Assembly (NCBI GenBank): GCA_040954595.2
Contig: CM082586.2
Location: 2,547,124-2,611,123 of the forward strand
Source of the DNA: Balanoglossus misakiensis
Lineage: Eukaryota; Animalia; Hemichordata
Direction: 5' to 3'
Length of the DNA: 64,000 bases
Numbering within the stretch: position 1 is the stretch's first letter; the number at the start of each line of letters is the position of its first letter. The notes beneath the pieces are model-generated. The model worked only from the letters and a program-made list of their open reading frames with translations. It was not told the origin of the DNA and made no database searches. The position numbers and the translations under genes were made by a program. Shown piece by piece: positions 25,032 to 41,012 of this stretch.

Positions 25032-28000
25032 CTACTTCTGGGAATAGGCAGCTTCGTTCTCTGAAGTACTGAGGAGTGACTGGGCAAGCATTTCCACTGG
25101 AAAATATAAAAGGAAAGGGGATTGGCCATCAATATGATACAGGCTTTGTGATTGAGCTATACTTCAGTCAAGTTCTAAGGCAACAATCTGGTGACCACCA
25201 CTGTTATGTTAGAATCAACTCAGTGCTGACAACGTAACTCAACATACGATCACACACACACACACAACTTACAGTGTGGGAAGGCACCTCTCTTGACTGC
25301 ATTGGCAAACAACTTCGACAGGAAGTAGTTACACTTTTTGAACTCTTCCTCCATGCTGTCCAGGGATTGTTCTCTGAAAAGGAAGTCACAAAATTAATTT
25401 AATGGAACAGTTGTTTGATTGGTTTTGCCATGTATCTTATTTAAGAGTGATTAGCTTAGCCAAGAAAGGTTATTTTTATCAGCCATACATCATAGAACTG
25501 TCTAGAGGTTTCCCTAGAGAGCCCTCTAGTGGTTTCAGAAAGGGCAAGAAACTTGGATCCATGGGTGCTGAAGGCTTGTGAACCCCATACTCCTTTAATA
25601 GACTGTACAGTGGATTCACATCGTCTGCCTCACAATGACACACTGAGATCAACACAATGGTGTCACTCATCTGTTACCATGGAAATTGGGTAATATACAC
25701 CTACGTGATGGCATTCACACCAGCATCCCATCTCTTCTGACAGTTGAGTGTGAGGTTGAGGACCTTGATGATGGCCTCTCTGACATAACCCATCTTTCTG
25801 TTGACAAGGCAGCGTTCATAGATAGTCTTGATGTAGCTGTTGTGAACTTGGATCACCTGGTTCAAGTCAGTGGCTGTTGTCAATTGTTGTTGGAACTCCA
25901 GGCCAGTGCTGTATAGGATCTGAAGTGAAAACACAGGGGGTATATAGACTATAAACAGCGTGTCCTTTACCAAGCATATATTTTGGAGCCCATGTGCCAA
26001 ATTTTGGAATGGTAGAAATGTCTTTGTATTGGAATGTGACACATGTTTGATGTATTTCCTAGTGTCATGAAGAATCTGTATTGTACCAGTGGTGTTCTGA
26101 GTTGACGTAGAGGGCGCACTCTGGGAGAGTCAGTCTGGTACTTCCTGAACTCTACAGCAAAGTAGGATTCTCGACTCACCCTTGTCATGATATAATTGTG
26201 AAGCACGTTGACGAAATGTAACAATTGAATCCTCAACAGCTGGGCACGGTGTGCTACGGCCGACTGCGTGGGTGTGGCCTCTGTGTGAAGGGTGTCCAGT
26301 AAATCTAGAAAGAGATTCAACACACACTCAAACATTGGTAAAGATATTGGCTGCCATTTGTATTCACTGTCATAATACTAAACAGGCTAGCTAATCTTCT
26401 CAAACATGTACATTGAAAAGTTACCATGGCTTGACTCACCCGTAAACCTGAGCTGGTCCAGGCAGTACTTGGCTCGTTTCACTTGCAACAGCAGAGAGAA
26501 GATCTCATTGTAGATGCGTTGACATTTAGCATTCAGCACAATATTCACAGGCCAGGGAACCTAGACATTAACACAGAAGAGAACAGTACCACATTTTTAA
26601 TCCAAGGCACAAGTATAACACTTTGAGAAAAATTAAAAAAATTATCATTATTATAATTACCTTGTAGTGCAATGTCAACCCATCCAAAGTATTTATCAGT
26701 AATCTGCTGGATTTGGGGACTGGTTCAACAGACACTGTTAATCTGCAAAAACAAAATCAGAGTGAAATGTTGAGAAAGGGGGAAAGAAGAAATAGAGTAA
26801 GACAGACAGAATGAGACATACAGAAAGGTAAGGCCTGTGATTTACCTGTCTATGTGTTCTGAATGATGTGCTTGCAATGCCTCTTGCAAAGCGATATTCA
26901 GGTATGTCACGTCTTGCCAGGGTTCATGAAGTCTGAGCCTCTCAAAGACACCCGTGTAGAAGTCATACATGGTGTCGCCAGCCTCCATCAGAAAGAAACC
27001 CTGCAATGAAAAATCATCATAAAATTCCTCATTTTATTCGAAAACTTGACAATGGCCAATGATGAGTGAAGTCAATGATGTACAGAACACTACACTACTT
27101 TACATTACACTAAATTACACTACACAATATTATACACAAAGAATTATGTTTGACTCACTCTAACAGCAGACATGTACTCCAGCAGTTTATGTTTTGACTT
27201 GAGTGTTTCCACCAACTGCCTGGATGCTTTGCTACACTTTGTGTCGATGTGAGGATATAGACAGCGGTACAACGCCACTTGGAAACCTAGTTGTCGGTCT
27301 TGAAATACCATCAACAACTTGTGGTACAAATTGTCTGGCACAGATCTGAGGATAAAAAAAAATGGTTGTCTACATTTGTGATATAAACCTCATCATACTC
27401 ATCTCAGTAAAGGAATTGAGTTTCATACCTGAAAATGAACTTTTGACATCACCCCTAAAACTAACCTTGTTCGCTTGACTTCATACTGTTTATTCTGTAA
27501 CATGGCGTTCTGATGCAGTAGTTGATTGGATTCTGTTACCATGGCAGCCAGCGAAACCACGCTCCGATCATCTGTGTCTTGTGATTCTGACTGGCCCGTG
27601 TAATTTAAGTTCCACAGCTCACACAGGGAGGACACAAAGTGATCAAATAGAGGAGTCCTATCTGTATTACAGATTGAGATGATTTAATTATTCATTCATT
27701 CATTTATTTGAAACCACATCAGCCCTCAACCAACAAAGGTTAACACACCGTAATCATGATACAGTAATGATGTAAGATGTCTTAAAACTCACCTTGTGAT
27801 TTTTCAACTGTAATACCAGTCATTCTCCCAAGATTATCCAACAAATCCATTGATTTCCCACCCTGGATGATCTTGTATAGAATCGGTTCCAGGAATCCGG
27901 GAATGCCAACTTTGCTGTCGGCCAGTTCTGGCTTTGTTTGATCTGATCCCAGCTGTTCCTGGTTTGCCGGTTGCAGCTGTTCCGGTGTTGTGCTATGGAT

Positions 28001-31000
28001 GATGTAGCCTTTATCCCAGAAGTCGCAACTTTCTGTTTTGATGTCTTTATTCCTGATGATGCCAAGGAATATTTGCACACAGTTGATACAGCAGAGTATT
28101 TTGGGGGTGCAGTAGACTACAGGAGAAATGTACTCCTCCTAGAAGCCATGGATTCATTGAGGAAACTTTTTGGAATGCCACTATATATTATGAAGATTTT
28201 CATAATATATACTGACCTTGAGATAATAAATTCATTGGCAGGGTCTGTAAGGGTTCCATTGGTGATCCAACCATCTATGATTTCTAGATACGGTCGTATA
28301 GACTGCAAAAATATGCTCAGTATCAGACACATCTGTAAAGAATCACAATTATTAGAATTAGATCTTAAATTGATACTGACCAAAATGCAATTTGGCATTA
28401 TTGAAAGGTGATGATGTTGACAATTTCAGAAACCTTGCCTCACCTTCTTCCTGTCAACTTCTTCAACTGTATTTGTTTGTAAGAGTAATATCTTATCATA
28501 CATGGTTGTGAGAAGTATGGCTGCATTGCTGTTGCTATGGACGATACCGAGCTCGTAGACCTCATAAAGGGCTGAGACTTGCTCCAGCTCGACAAACAGC
28601 CTCTCCTTCAGTTCAATCAAAGTCACATTCCTGTCTGTAATTGAAACAAATATATCTTGAAAAAATATGGTCTGTTTTACAGAAACTGCTGAATAGCCAA
28701 GAATTTACATGATTCTACGATAACAGTTCATGCATTCAACAGCTACAGTAGTGGTTTTTAACCCTTTCACCACCATGGTTCGGCCCAAATCCACTGTTTT
28801 GGTAAGGTTGGACCTCTACCATCCCGATACCCGTAATCGCACAAACCTTGCTTCTTGACTTCCTTCTCTATCAGACACAACTGGGACTGAAACTCCCACT
28901 GCAGGAATTGTGAAATGGACGAGGCAAAGGCTTGCAGTGTCTGAGACACTCTGTAGTCAACATCGTGGTGACTGCCAAGTTGACAGATGGTGTCTTCTAT
29001 GAACTGATGTAAATGATAGACCATCTGGCCACTTCTCACAAAGTAATTCAGGAGACTGTACAGAGCATTCTAAGAAGAAACAGAAACAAGTCCCAATAAC
29101 TGATGAATGTCCAGTTTCCACACAGCACTTGTCATTTGTCAAAAAAATTTGAAGACAATTTTTGATGCACAAATATAAAAGATGGATTCTCTCTGACAAC
29201 CTACCGGGGTGAGGTGTGACACTTCAATGTCAGGGTTAACACTTATCCTCCCATCTTGATTCTCATATACAAAACTATCTGTTGCACCACACAAAATCCT
29301 GCAAAATTCATAAATAGAACAAATGTTGATTTCCGTGTTTTATGAATTACAGTGTTGTAGGTCATTGTTACCCTATCACAAAAAATTATGACTGCAAACT
29401 TACCATATTGTTTCTCTAACAATTTGTGCCTCTGTTAACATTGTCTTTGTGCCAAGTTGGTAGAATGGCTGTGTTTCATATAAATGTCTTTCCCTGGGTA
29501 GATAAAAACCATGCAAGATGTTACTGAGATAAAATGGCTGGAAAATTTAAGAAAAGTATGAAAATAAAGACAGTTGATTGTGGGAAGAGAAAACATCCAA
29601 ATTTTTTCTGCTCACCATTCTCTACCAACATTGCTGGCTGGATATGAACTCCAAATTTGTTTCTCCACTTGTCCGTGCCAATACTGGACCACCACATTCT
29701 TGGTGATCCACTCCTTCCCAGCATGCACTGAACTGGGCACCAGATCTGGGGCCAGGGTGACTTCATCGGGCTTCGGCTCTTGAACTCCCGAGTCGTTGGC
29801 AGGTTGCTCCTGTTCATCCTCTGACCAATCCTAAATTTGGAAACAAAGAAGGTCATCGGCTGTTTTGAGGATTTCCACAAAACTTAGAGAATACACCAGG
29901 AAAGGATAGCTGAAGCAAAGTTGTTATACCTCTCAATAAATCAACGAATCTTCCTCATACTTACCTCATCTGAAGAATAATAATAATACCTTGGAACTTC
30001 AATACCTTCTAAAAGATACTTTCCCCAGTCAAATTTCTCTTCCTCTGTAAAAAATAAAACTTTCTATTAACTTGGGATTATGTTGCCATTGAGGATGGTT
30101 TATCACAGGAATTGTTAAAGGAATGTATTGAGGGGATATAGATAAATAGAATAAGTCCTACCTTCTTTTGGTGTTGGCTTTCTCTCTTGAAAAGACTGAT
30201 TGACGGGCGAGTCAGACAGATTTAGCAGAAGGGATATCAAACCATAGTGGACATCAGTCTACAAAAAAAACAGGGTTTAATATTGTATTGAGAAAACTAA
30301 AGCCTTAACTTCATTGAAATGTCTATCATGATCAAACTAAACAAAACAGAATAACTACCTTGGTGTGTTTTTGCTCCGGAGACAAAGGGGAGTTCAGAAA
30401 AGTGTCTGTAAGTCTCTTGAAAGCTTCTTCTTTTTCAGGCTGGGAATGCACAGCAAACTTTTCACAAACTCTGAAAAGTAAAAGAACATATGAGGACATA
30501 TACATGAATATTACTGACTAAACTGTTGCCTTGTACTATTTTATACTGAAAAACTCATAAGTGCTGTCCCATTTATCAGCTTAACCCTGTTTCACAGTAA
30601 TGATGACAAAAGTTATTTTTTTACCCGTTTAGTGATCTGCCAATCTTGTGACTATCTACATTCAGGAAGCGGTGAAAACGGAAGTTTGACAATGCAAACT
30701 GCACTGATGTTTGAAAATTTTCACTGTTTTCCTGCAATAAATTGGTATTAAACAAGTGAATTAAACACCATATCATTTATATTTCAGCTTGTAATGTACA
30801 TTCAAATCAAGGGCACAGTTACATGTCACATTATGTGAGTGAGTGTGTAGACGACAGTGCTGAATCGGATGTTATGATCAGTTTCACTTTCACTGTAATA
30901 TTATCATATTACAATTTTCGTGATCGATTGCTAGTCTCTGGTCGTGCACCAAACGACATCATACGCGATCATCAATGATAAAAACAGTTTGAAAATCCCG

Positions 31001-31204
31001 CTCATCAATATAGAGATCATTGGGAAACTTTCATGATGAGACACGCACAGTATTACCGCTGCATTCTGCGATCAACCTGCTGAACGATCGACAGCATTGG
31101 GCTCGACTTAATAATGGTGATTTTGAGAACATTACCTCAAATCCTGTCAAACATTTAATCAGTCTCCGCGTATCTTTTTCAAACTTCTTGTCAAGATATG
31201 CCAT
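25032..31204 (-). CDS. TUBGCP5: Gamma-tubulin complex component 5 (GCP5), about 20+ exons
   Basis: Start MAYLDKKFEKDTRRLIKCLTGFE, then SNFRFHRFLNVDSHK (~30645-30690), PYLEIIDGWITNGTLTDPANEF, FFLMEAGDTMYDFY, LHFVNVLHNYIMTR and ILYSTGLEFQ. End ...KRGAFPHLEMLAQSLL...QK* with TAG at 25034-25032. These match remembered GCP5 blocks. Confidence 0.95.
28758..28825 (+). mobile_element. Truncated copy of a ~90-bp TTAA-CCCTTTCA MITE
   Basis: ttaaccctttcaccaccatggttcggcccaaatcca...ttggacctcta is homologous to 41851-41944 and, reversed, to 46494-46578. Confidence 0.7.
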
Positions 31205-31318
31205 GTTTATGTTTTCATTTCGAGAGAGTCGCATTGACCTTTGACCCGTGTTTGATGGTTTGGTGTTCATATAATACCCACAATACCCTGCTGTGGTCTC
31301 TTTCCTGTCACCGCCATC
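31205..31318. promoter_or_regulatory. Very compact bidirectional promoter for TUBGCP5 and RPS8, with TCT/5'TOP initiator
   Basis: Only 114 bp between divergent ATGs. Pyrimidine tract TCTCTTTCCT at 31297-31306, just upstream of the RPS8 ATG, is typical of ribosomal protein gene starts. Confidence 0.8.
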
Positions 31319-33357
<2,039 letters not shown>

Positions 33358-34106
33358 GATGTTAGCCATTGAGATTTTCAGCAGTCATGTGACAGTGTAC
33401 AATTGCGAAGTTTAAAAGTAAAATGCACTGACGAGTACACCATGAGTTCGTTGTCTTTTCTCTATCTGTAATGTTTATCCCCTTCTCTGTTGCAAGAATG
33501 TACTAGGTTCACACTGGGTAAAACTAGAAACATTTCAAAGACACTTTGCCATTTATAAACACAGAGGATTAATCCTCTGAGTCGCTTTCTTGTCCACACA
33601 CGCACACACAGTAGTTTAAGCATAGATCGACCCTATGGGGGCGTCATATATAAAAAAGGTCTCTGCAGGACCAAGTTTATGCATTTGAAGTTTAGGGGAA
33701 AGTTAGAAATATGTGTCGATAAGTAGGTTTATTTACTAGAAACGACAAAGTTCAAGCTATAAAATGATATTACCTCCAGCAAATCCCATACAATAAAAGA
33801 AAAGCAGAAAAAAAGAGAAATTTTCGTTCAGAGAATAAAATTCCTCATCTAAATTGCGCGTCAAATACGCGCATACCGTTATATTCGAGGACGCATATAC
33901 CGTTATATATATGCGTGTTTTTTTTATTTTCTTTAGCTTTTTAGCAATATTTAGGCCTATTTCTGACCGGCTCTTTCGCCAACAAATCCCGAGTTCCCTG
34001 CGACGTTTTTGTAAGCGTCGGGCAACGCGCTAATCGGACGCGAGCGCCTTCGGAAACATACATCACTTACGCGCTACGCGTACCAGGTAGAGATTGCGTC
34101 TTTTGT

Positions 34107-34122
34107 AGGTCATCTCAGGTCA
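34107..34122 (+). promoter_or_regulatory. Perfect DR4 nuclear-receptor element, copy 1
   Basis: AGGTCA-tctc-AGGTCA, followed by a further GGGTCA half-site at ~34132-34137. Confidence 0.5.
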
Positions 34123-35624
34123 TGCAGGTTGGGGTCACTTTTACTCGGTGACGCCGTTAGAGCGACGGAGAATTCCCCCTAAATTATGAGTTTGGGATAT
34201 TAAGAATCAGTAGACCTGCTAGTTTTAACTTGTTCGTTATTAAAAGCAAGTGCATGCGCGAAATTGCGTGCACATAAACGCAAGAGTTTTAGTGACAGCG
34301 CCCACTATGTTTAATGTCCTTCCCTATTAAAGCAATAGTTCAACCCAGAGCAATTAATTAAACATAAGATCGCCATATTGTGTGTTTGATAGTGTGATGA
34401 CTGCAGACCATCGGACATGTGTGTGCTTGTGGTAGATATATGTAGTAATAAAGCTAGTTTTCACAGATGATGCGACAGGCAAGCAAATGAACAGTTTGTG
34501 GTCGTCAAGAAATATTTCGTGGTTGCAGCATATATAGTGCGGAATTGCGGAAATAGAAAATAGATCATGTAACATTTCAACGGTAGCGTTTTCCCGGTGG
34601 ATACAGTAGCTATTCAGATCCCGGAAGTAAAGGTAAATATTTAACATTTCTCGTTATTAGTTATTAGAGATGCTCCCTGCGAACCGTTTAAGGGTTGGCT
34701 GCACGTATCGACCTTTCCGTTCACTTAATATATTCGGCCGTCTGATCAGGTACGTGAAATTTAATAGACAAACTGCCACGACCTCTTGTTACGCGTGACC
34801 TGTTGTGAAAAACATACTTGCATTGTGATAAATCGCACGTGTGACGCACAAATACTGTTTGATATGTTTTGGGTGAGGAGTTTTCAAACTGAACCCGTAT
34901 AATTATTCTGAGATCCCAAACACACGTACGTACAGTCGTATGATGATGTACGTACGTTTTTTTCGGACACTCTTATGAAAGTACAGCGTGTTTTGACAAC
35001 GAAACCATCGGGTGCATGGCCAAGCTACATTTATCTTTGCAATACATATTCCTTTGGTATAAAGAGAAGCATTTTCTGTCATTTTATAATCCCCGTATAA
35101 TAATGTAACCGTTTATTGAATATGGGGAGGTTCATACCTAGTACACCTTTGTCACAGTACAAAATTTGGAGGATGGAATACTAGTAGATGTTGTATAATA
35201 CTAGTTTGGCATGTAAACCTTGCAGTGTTTTGGATGTTTCAAATTCTTGGACACAATCATCAGTCAGTGCGGTGGTCATTCTTTGACTATTACTGCATAA
35301 GTTACGTAATCAAACCAGTGATGGAGATACAGTGTATTACAATCGCCTTAAAGGGACAAAGTCTCTCTCTCACTCTTCTTTTCCCATTTATTATGTTTGA
35401 TTCACTACACTGTCTATGCTAATGCACATGGGGATATATAGTGAATCAACATTCATCCATCATGTTTGTAGGATATGAGAGTAAAAATCTCGCCAAAATG
35501 AATAAATGGTAAACACCGAATATTCATTTTGCTCTCGCGTCTACAAGTGGGATGGAAGGTGTGTGTGGTTGAACTATGAGTAAAATTTCTACATAATGTT
35601 TACCATAGAGATTTTCAAAGTCAC

Positions 35625-35710
35625 TAAATTTGGCGGCCATTTTGAATGCCATAGACTAAGCACAGATATAAGCGGCCATTTTGAACCTCAAATTTGGCGG
35701 CCATTTTGAA
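35625..35710. repeat. Three copies of (AAATTTG)GCGGCCATTTTGAA, YY1-like cores
   Basis: The motif is repeated at ~35626, ~35672 and ~35690. Confidence 0.6.
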
Positions 35711-35889
35711 AGTCTTAATTTGTCCTTTTAAAGGGCTTGAAGCGAGTAAATCTACCCACCCACCCACACTCTGCTTTGAGTATTTCCATGAAACTGTTTT
35801 ATCTGTTGTGTTGAAGATATCAATCCTTCTGGACATGCTACAGTCCAGCACATGTGTACATGCTCACAACAATCTGCCCCCTCCCCTCC

Positions 35890-35996
35890 AGCTGCAATAG
35901 TTGTTGTATAGGTTACACTACAAGCCAAAGGGTTAGGGTAGGTCAGCATGAACCCTACCCTAACCCCATGGCCCCTGAGCTGCAGTTATTGCAGCT
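35890..35996. mobile_element. Small foldback/MITE-like element
   Basis: Outer inverted repeat AGCTGCAATA...TATTGCAGCT and inner inverted repeat GGGTTAGGGTAGG...CCTACCCTAACCC. Confidence 0.55.
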
Positions 35997-37715
35997 ACCC
36001 TCCCAGTTCTGTTGTACTGTGGACAGTGGGGGGGGGGGGGGGGGGGGGGCGCCACAAGGCAACCATGGGTTCCAGTGTATTTTGACTGAACTTTATTGAA
36101 CTTCTCTGGAGGTTGTCAACATATTCTGCCATACAAAGCTTTCTAGGACAGTGGCCCATTCAATCATGCACAGTAGAACTTCAACTGTGAATTGGGCCGG
36201 TTATTTCTATAAAAGAAATCACCATAGACCCAGGGTCATTTAATGAACACACTGGTTTTCAAGTAAAGATTGCAGACAGACAATGCTGATGTATTTGAAG
36301 CAACATGAAGGTTGACATCCACGGGCGTAATTATTTGAACTGAAAAATATGTGAGTAGAATCCCAACTGAACGACATTATATCATATTTATTGACTATAC
36401 TGTCAGGTAGCCATGCAGAGCCTACTTGAACCTTTCAGCCAACCCTCAGTATAGCTGTCCACATATAGTGTATTACAAGGTCATACCATTTCGCCCCCGG
36501 GGGACGTGGCAGGCTGCACCCATGTTCAAATTGTGGACGGTCACATATTTGCCCTGTGTACAGTTAGATTGCAGAGAATATGATTCTTCATTGCCTAGAA
36601 GATTTACGTGGAGATTGTCCAAGAATTGTCAAAACATTATCAATTATTTTTGCAGTAACTATTGGGGGGGGGGGGGGTTCTATGACTGTATCATATTTTT
36701 GTGTGAACACTTTTCTTATCTTATATGTAATTTATGCATATGATGGGTGTGTGCGTCAATAAAACTGAAAGAATGCTTGTCTTTTCTGGAATAACTTGTC
36801 AAAAGGTTACAAGGTGAAATCTCAAATATTTGTGTACATTTCAGTATGTATGGAATGTGACTCTAATCAGCTGTGATACATTAAGTTAACCCATGTCCTT
36901 GTACGTAACATACATGTATATCCTGTAGGGCATTCACAGTCTTGTATGTGATAATTGTGCGTGTGTGGAAGTATGTTAAAGCTCAACTACATGTATCTAC
37001 TAGTATAAATTTTTACTATTTTTTTTCTGCGTTTCTATTCTGTGTATGCAGAACCATGGTTTTTTTGTTCGTCACCCTAAAGCAGGATTAAATACCATGC
37101 ATTTATCATCTTAACATGTATGTAGTCAATATATGCATAATCAGCATTTTTATGACTGGTCTGGCATTTATCCTGTAACAAGTAGAGACATGTAGATGGA
37201 CGTGTGATCCCAATCAACATTATACATTATAGCAAAAAAACACTGATGCATAAGAAGATTTATGAATGGTTCAGCACGTACTGAAACTCCTATGACCTAC
37301 CTGGGGTCAAAACACCTGTTTGAGGTTAGCATGTGGCTTCCTGTCTATAGAAGCAGGTGTTTCGACCAGCATAGGATAATGGCATAGACTTGCAGGTAAT
37401 GGCAGATTGGTTTATGTGTGTGTTGTTTTGGCAGAATTAAGTGTCTCCTACAGGATACATTGTGACAGTCAAAACATTCAATGACTTTTCCTCATTTTTC
37501 GTCAAATAATTGTTTTAACAAATGACCTCATAATAACAGACTTGTCGAAATTGGTCTCATGTCTACAGTATGGATCATGTGACAGTCACTTAATACAGTA
37601 GCTGTGTGTACATACAATAATCTGTGAAGGAGGGAATAGCCATTGGGACTCTTTCAATTGTTTGCATTGTGAGGATGTTATTATGGGGTCGTAAAAATAA
37701 GCAAGGGAGACATCG

Positions 37716-37771
37716 ATTTGACAAGTACAAACTGTGATCTTTGCAAAGATCACAGTTTGTACTTGTCAAAT
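37716..37771. repeat. 56-bp perfect palindrome with no spacer
   Basis: ATTTGACAAGTACAAACTGTGATCTTTG immediately followed by CAAAGATCACAGTTTGTACTTGTCAAAT. Confidence 0.97.
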
Positions 37772-40700
37772 TAACTGTTGTGTCTGATGTTCTGTCATTT
37801 TGGTTTTGTGAATTGTGGAAGGTTTCACTGGTGATCTAGTGAAAATGGCCAGTTGATCTGGACTGCCAATGGCAAGGTTGGCAGAGTTTAGTTATTTAAT
37901 AGTAAAAAAATATCTAAAAAACCTGTGCTATTGTTTGTATAGCCTAATTATCTGTTATCACTAGATAGATTTGGACTGGCCTTGGCTTAGCCTATGACTG
38001 ACCCAGTTAGAAACCAATGAGTTAAAATCTGTTATTGCCAGTGTTGGATTTTAGTGACCTAGTAAGAAGGCATGGTTGTGAAAGAGAGCAAATCTATGGC
38101 GAGTCAGTCCTATAGGAAGAGACCCCTGACTGGTTGCCACCACTTTTGTGTTTGAGTAGTGTTGCCATAGTAACAAAACCCATTCTGAATAGGCTCAGTG
38201 GATAGATCACTCCCTACCACTTTACCGACCGACGTGTCACATTTCACAAGTCAAAGTTTAGCTTGACTCGTTTATCTGACAGTCTATTAACACACTCCAG
38301 CAGAACCGATTGTGGGATTTTTCGAAATGGCACTGCCTGTCCAGGGTTTGATATTTGCTGTCAACTTAACGCCAACTGTTTCAGAACACCTGTGATGAGT
38401 TCTTACTCTGTGTATGTACAGGTGAGTTTTACGTACTGCATTACGGTGACTGCAGCATCATATTTTGCAACTCAGAAATCTTCCCTCCCGCCAGGCGTAT
38501 ACCCCATGGGCTACAACCCAGAGACAAGGATTGTGCATGATTGCAGGTATGGTGTCACACACCCAGCCGATTTATATTTTCATGCCTGTTCGCCGGAGAA
38601 TTGGATGGCTGGCTTTCTAATGGTCCAGACATGGAAGTATGATGCGGTTCTTGGCCACCCGTGATTGGCTGATGGTCTTACCCATGCTTCCATACTACAT
38701 CATAGACAGTCAGAATCATTAACATTAACAGATGTTCACAATCTTGTGCTACCATATTTCTTATTATTTTCAAGCATTATAAGTGCTGGATCGGTACCCA
38801 GCATAGTTGTCAGTCGGTGTATCAGCCCTTATAAAACGTTGCTCATCGCACCACTGAGATAACTTTGTTGCAGAGCCAATCCATCACCATATACCTCTTA
38901 TCACTTTGTCCGAGTTCTGTTTACCGCTCCGTCTGTGGTGACGTATCAACTGAAGTATTCGTTCGTGACTCGGGTAGATAAATGGGGGAAATTGGCAAAG
39001 GTCATCTTTGGTCGTACTACTGTATTTCCATCTCGCATTCATAGAATGGTTGGACGTAGGCCACCTTGAGTTTTAATATGGTCCAGTATTGATTGAAATT
39101 TGTGACTGAGTTGGCTGTATCTGTTTTATCATGTATGGTACAATGGAGATTATTTATTCTGCTTATTGAAAAATGCCAATTTTTCGGTCATCATGACTGC
39201 CTCAAACACACACTGCCAATAGTAGTAGCACATTGTATGTCACTGAAGATATAATTTCCGGTACATGTTACTATAAATTATGTCATCCGAATATTTAAGT
39301 TCGTGTAAATCATTAGTTCAGTATCCTCCCTTCAGATACTGCAAAGTGATCTTACAAACAAGATAATCTCCTGATAGCACTGCTGAGAAAACTGCACCTG
39401 ACATATCCCTTGAAAATAGAAAATTTGTTTCATTTTCCAGCCGGATGTTCCTATCTGTTTCGTCATACTTCGCCGCTATACTGACTCACTCCTACGCTGC
39501 TGCGGCAAGTGTTTATTCAATGAATGATTGGTTATGGCATTTGTTTGAGTTTTCTTGTGCAAATATCGATGATAAAACTTTTGACTGTTGACCTGAAACA
39601 CGTCGGATTGTCGTGGCAAATTGCCAAGCCTTCATGAAAATTTGCGTTCCTTTTTTAATCCAGATGACAGTCTTATGGATTTTAACCAATTATTCTGACT
39701 TCATTTATCTCATGAAATTCGGGAAATCGGTATACATGTATTTGCAACCAGTCTCAGTAACTTTGACCTACACTCTACTCTGTATCTTTGTGATAAATTA
39801 CTTGTCATTGTCAAGGTTACTGTCGCCCTAAATAAACTTAATGATAGTCGTTGTTACTGATTTAAAGTCTATGGATGGCAGCCTGTCATTTATTATTTGT
39901 GTACAGAAGCAGATCCCTACGAATCTGTATCACTAAGGATTAATACAATAAGCGGATTTCTTTAGCTGTCATTATTTTAATGAGCTTTGGCCACTCATTG
40001 TAAAACATCAGTGAAAAAATAGAGTGATTTATTCCAAAATGACTCCACACACATTGACCATATAAGAAACAGCTTTGGTGGAACACCATTTCTCTGAAAC
40101 ATCTTTCCATAAAGCTCAGCTGAAATCTGTTCAGTAGTAGAAGCAAGCATGGAGAGATATGAGGCAGATCTCCAAACGCTGATAAGACTGCATGTGCATG
40201 GCCTGTCTAACCTGTGAACGCCATGACAACACGGGTTTATCAGCTCCACCCCACCTTGAGAATGACAGGCCTGTCACCATGGTATTGACTCATGGGGTCG
40301 GCCCGATTCATGGGGTCGGCCCCCGAATTGCTGCCTTATCTCACCAGTGTATAACTAAGTGATCAGAACAGTGGCAGTCCACTGGCACTGGTGGTACAAA
40401 GGGGTGGGTAATGTTTGCTGTGCTCTGATCAAAAGAAACCCACACAGCTGTCAGCACAGTAACAGTAAATGGATAGCTGGGGTGAGTACTAATCTTAGAA
40501 AGCAACCCGGGTAATAAGAAAATTTCTCTCTCCATGAGGAAAGTGATTTTCTGGTAACTTTTGTATGTTCTTTGCTCATATATGGTGGCATACATGTACC
40601 GGTAGTGCATAGCAACAGATTCTATCACATGGTATGGTATTGTGCAATATACATGATTGTATTATATTCAGCATATGGCAAGTAATGTGTGGCAGTGACT

Positions 40701-40996
40701 AGAATGTTTTGAGGTTGAACACAGTGTGCAGTGGATATTTCCACTGTGGATGTTACAACCACCTGTAGATTCATGGCTTATTTATGACAGTGATCATGAC
40801 AATGGTTTTTTTTCACGTACAAGGACAATATCACAAACTGCTACATACATATAAATACAGGAGCAATTGCATTATCACTCCACCTGTTTGTTGTTTTGAA
40901 GGATGAACAGTCGCACACTGGTACTGCCATCGTATGTGGGGAATCTAACAGGTGGTTGAGTTGAACCTATGAGGCCTTGGAGCATGACTATTGTTG

Positions 40997-41012
40997 AGGT
41001 CATCTCAGGTCA
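40997..41012 (+). promoter_or_regulatory. Perfect DR4 nuclear-receptor element, copy 2
   Basis: AGGTCA-tctc-AGGTCA; the 17-mer is identical to 34107-34123. Confidence 0.5.

Noticed and set aside
25479-25670. 63-aa ORF inside a TUBGCP5 intron on the same strand
   Set aside because: Splicing from the upstream exon at the nearest acceptor gives an immediate stop, no domain is recognisable, and the flanking GCP5 exons join in frame without it.
35931-35967. TTAGGG/CCCTAA as a telomeric remnant
   Set aside because: Only single units, arranged as an inverted repeat inside a small foldback element.
36027-36049. Poly-G tracts (also at ~8557, 12332, 36664 and 55514)
   Set aside because: Simple homopolymers scattered through introns and spacers with no consistent positional pattern.
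38263-38664. 133-aa ORF with an internal GTGAGT donor
   Set aside because: No recognisable domain and no frame-compatible link to the mucin exons; at most a non-coding exon.
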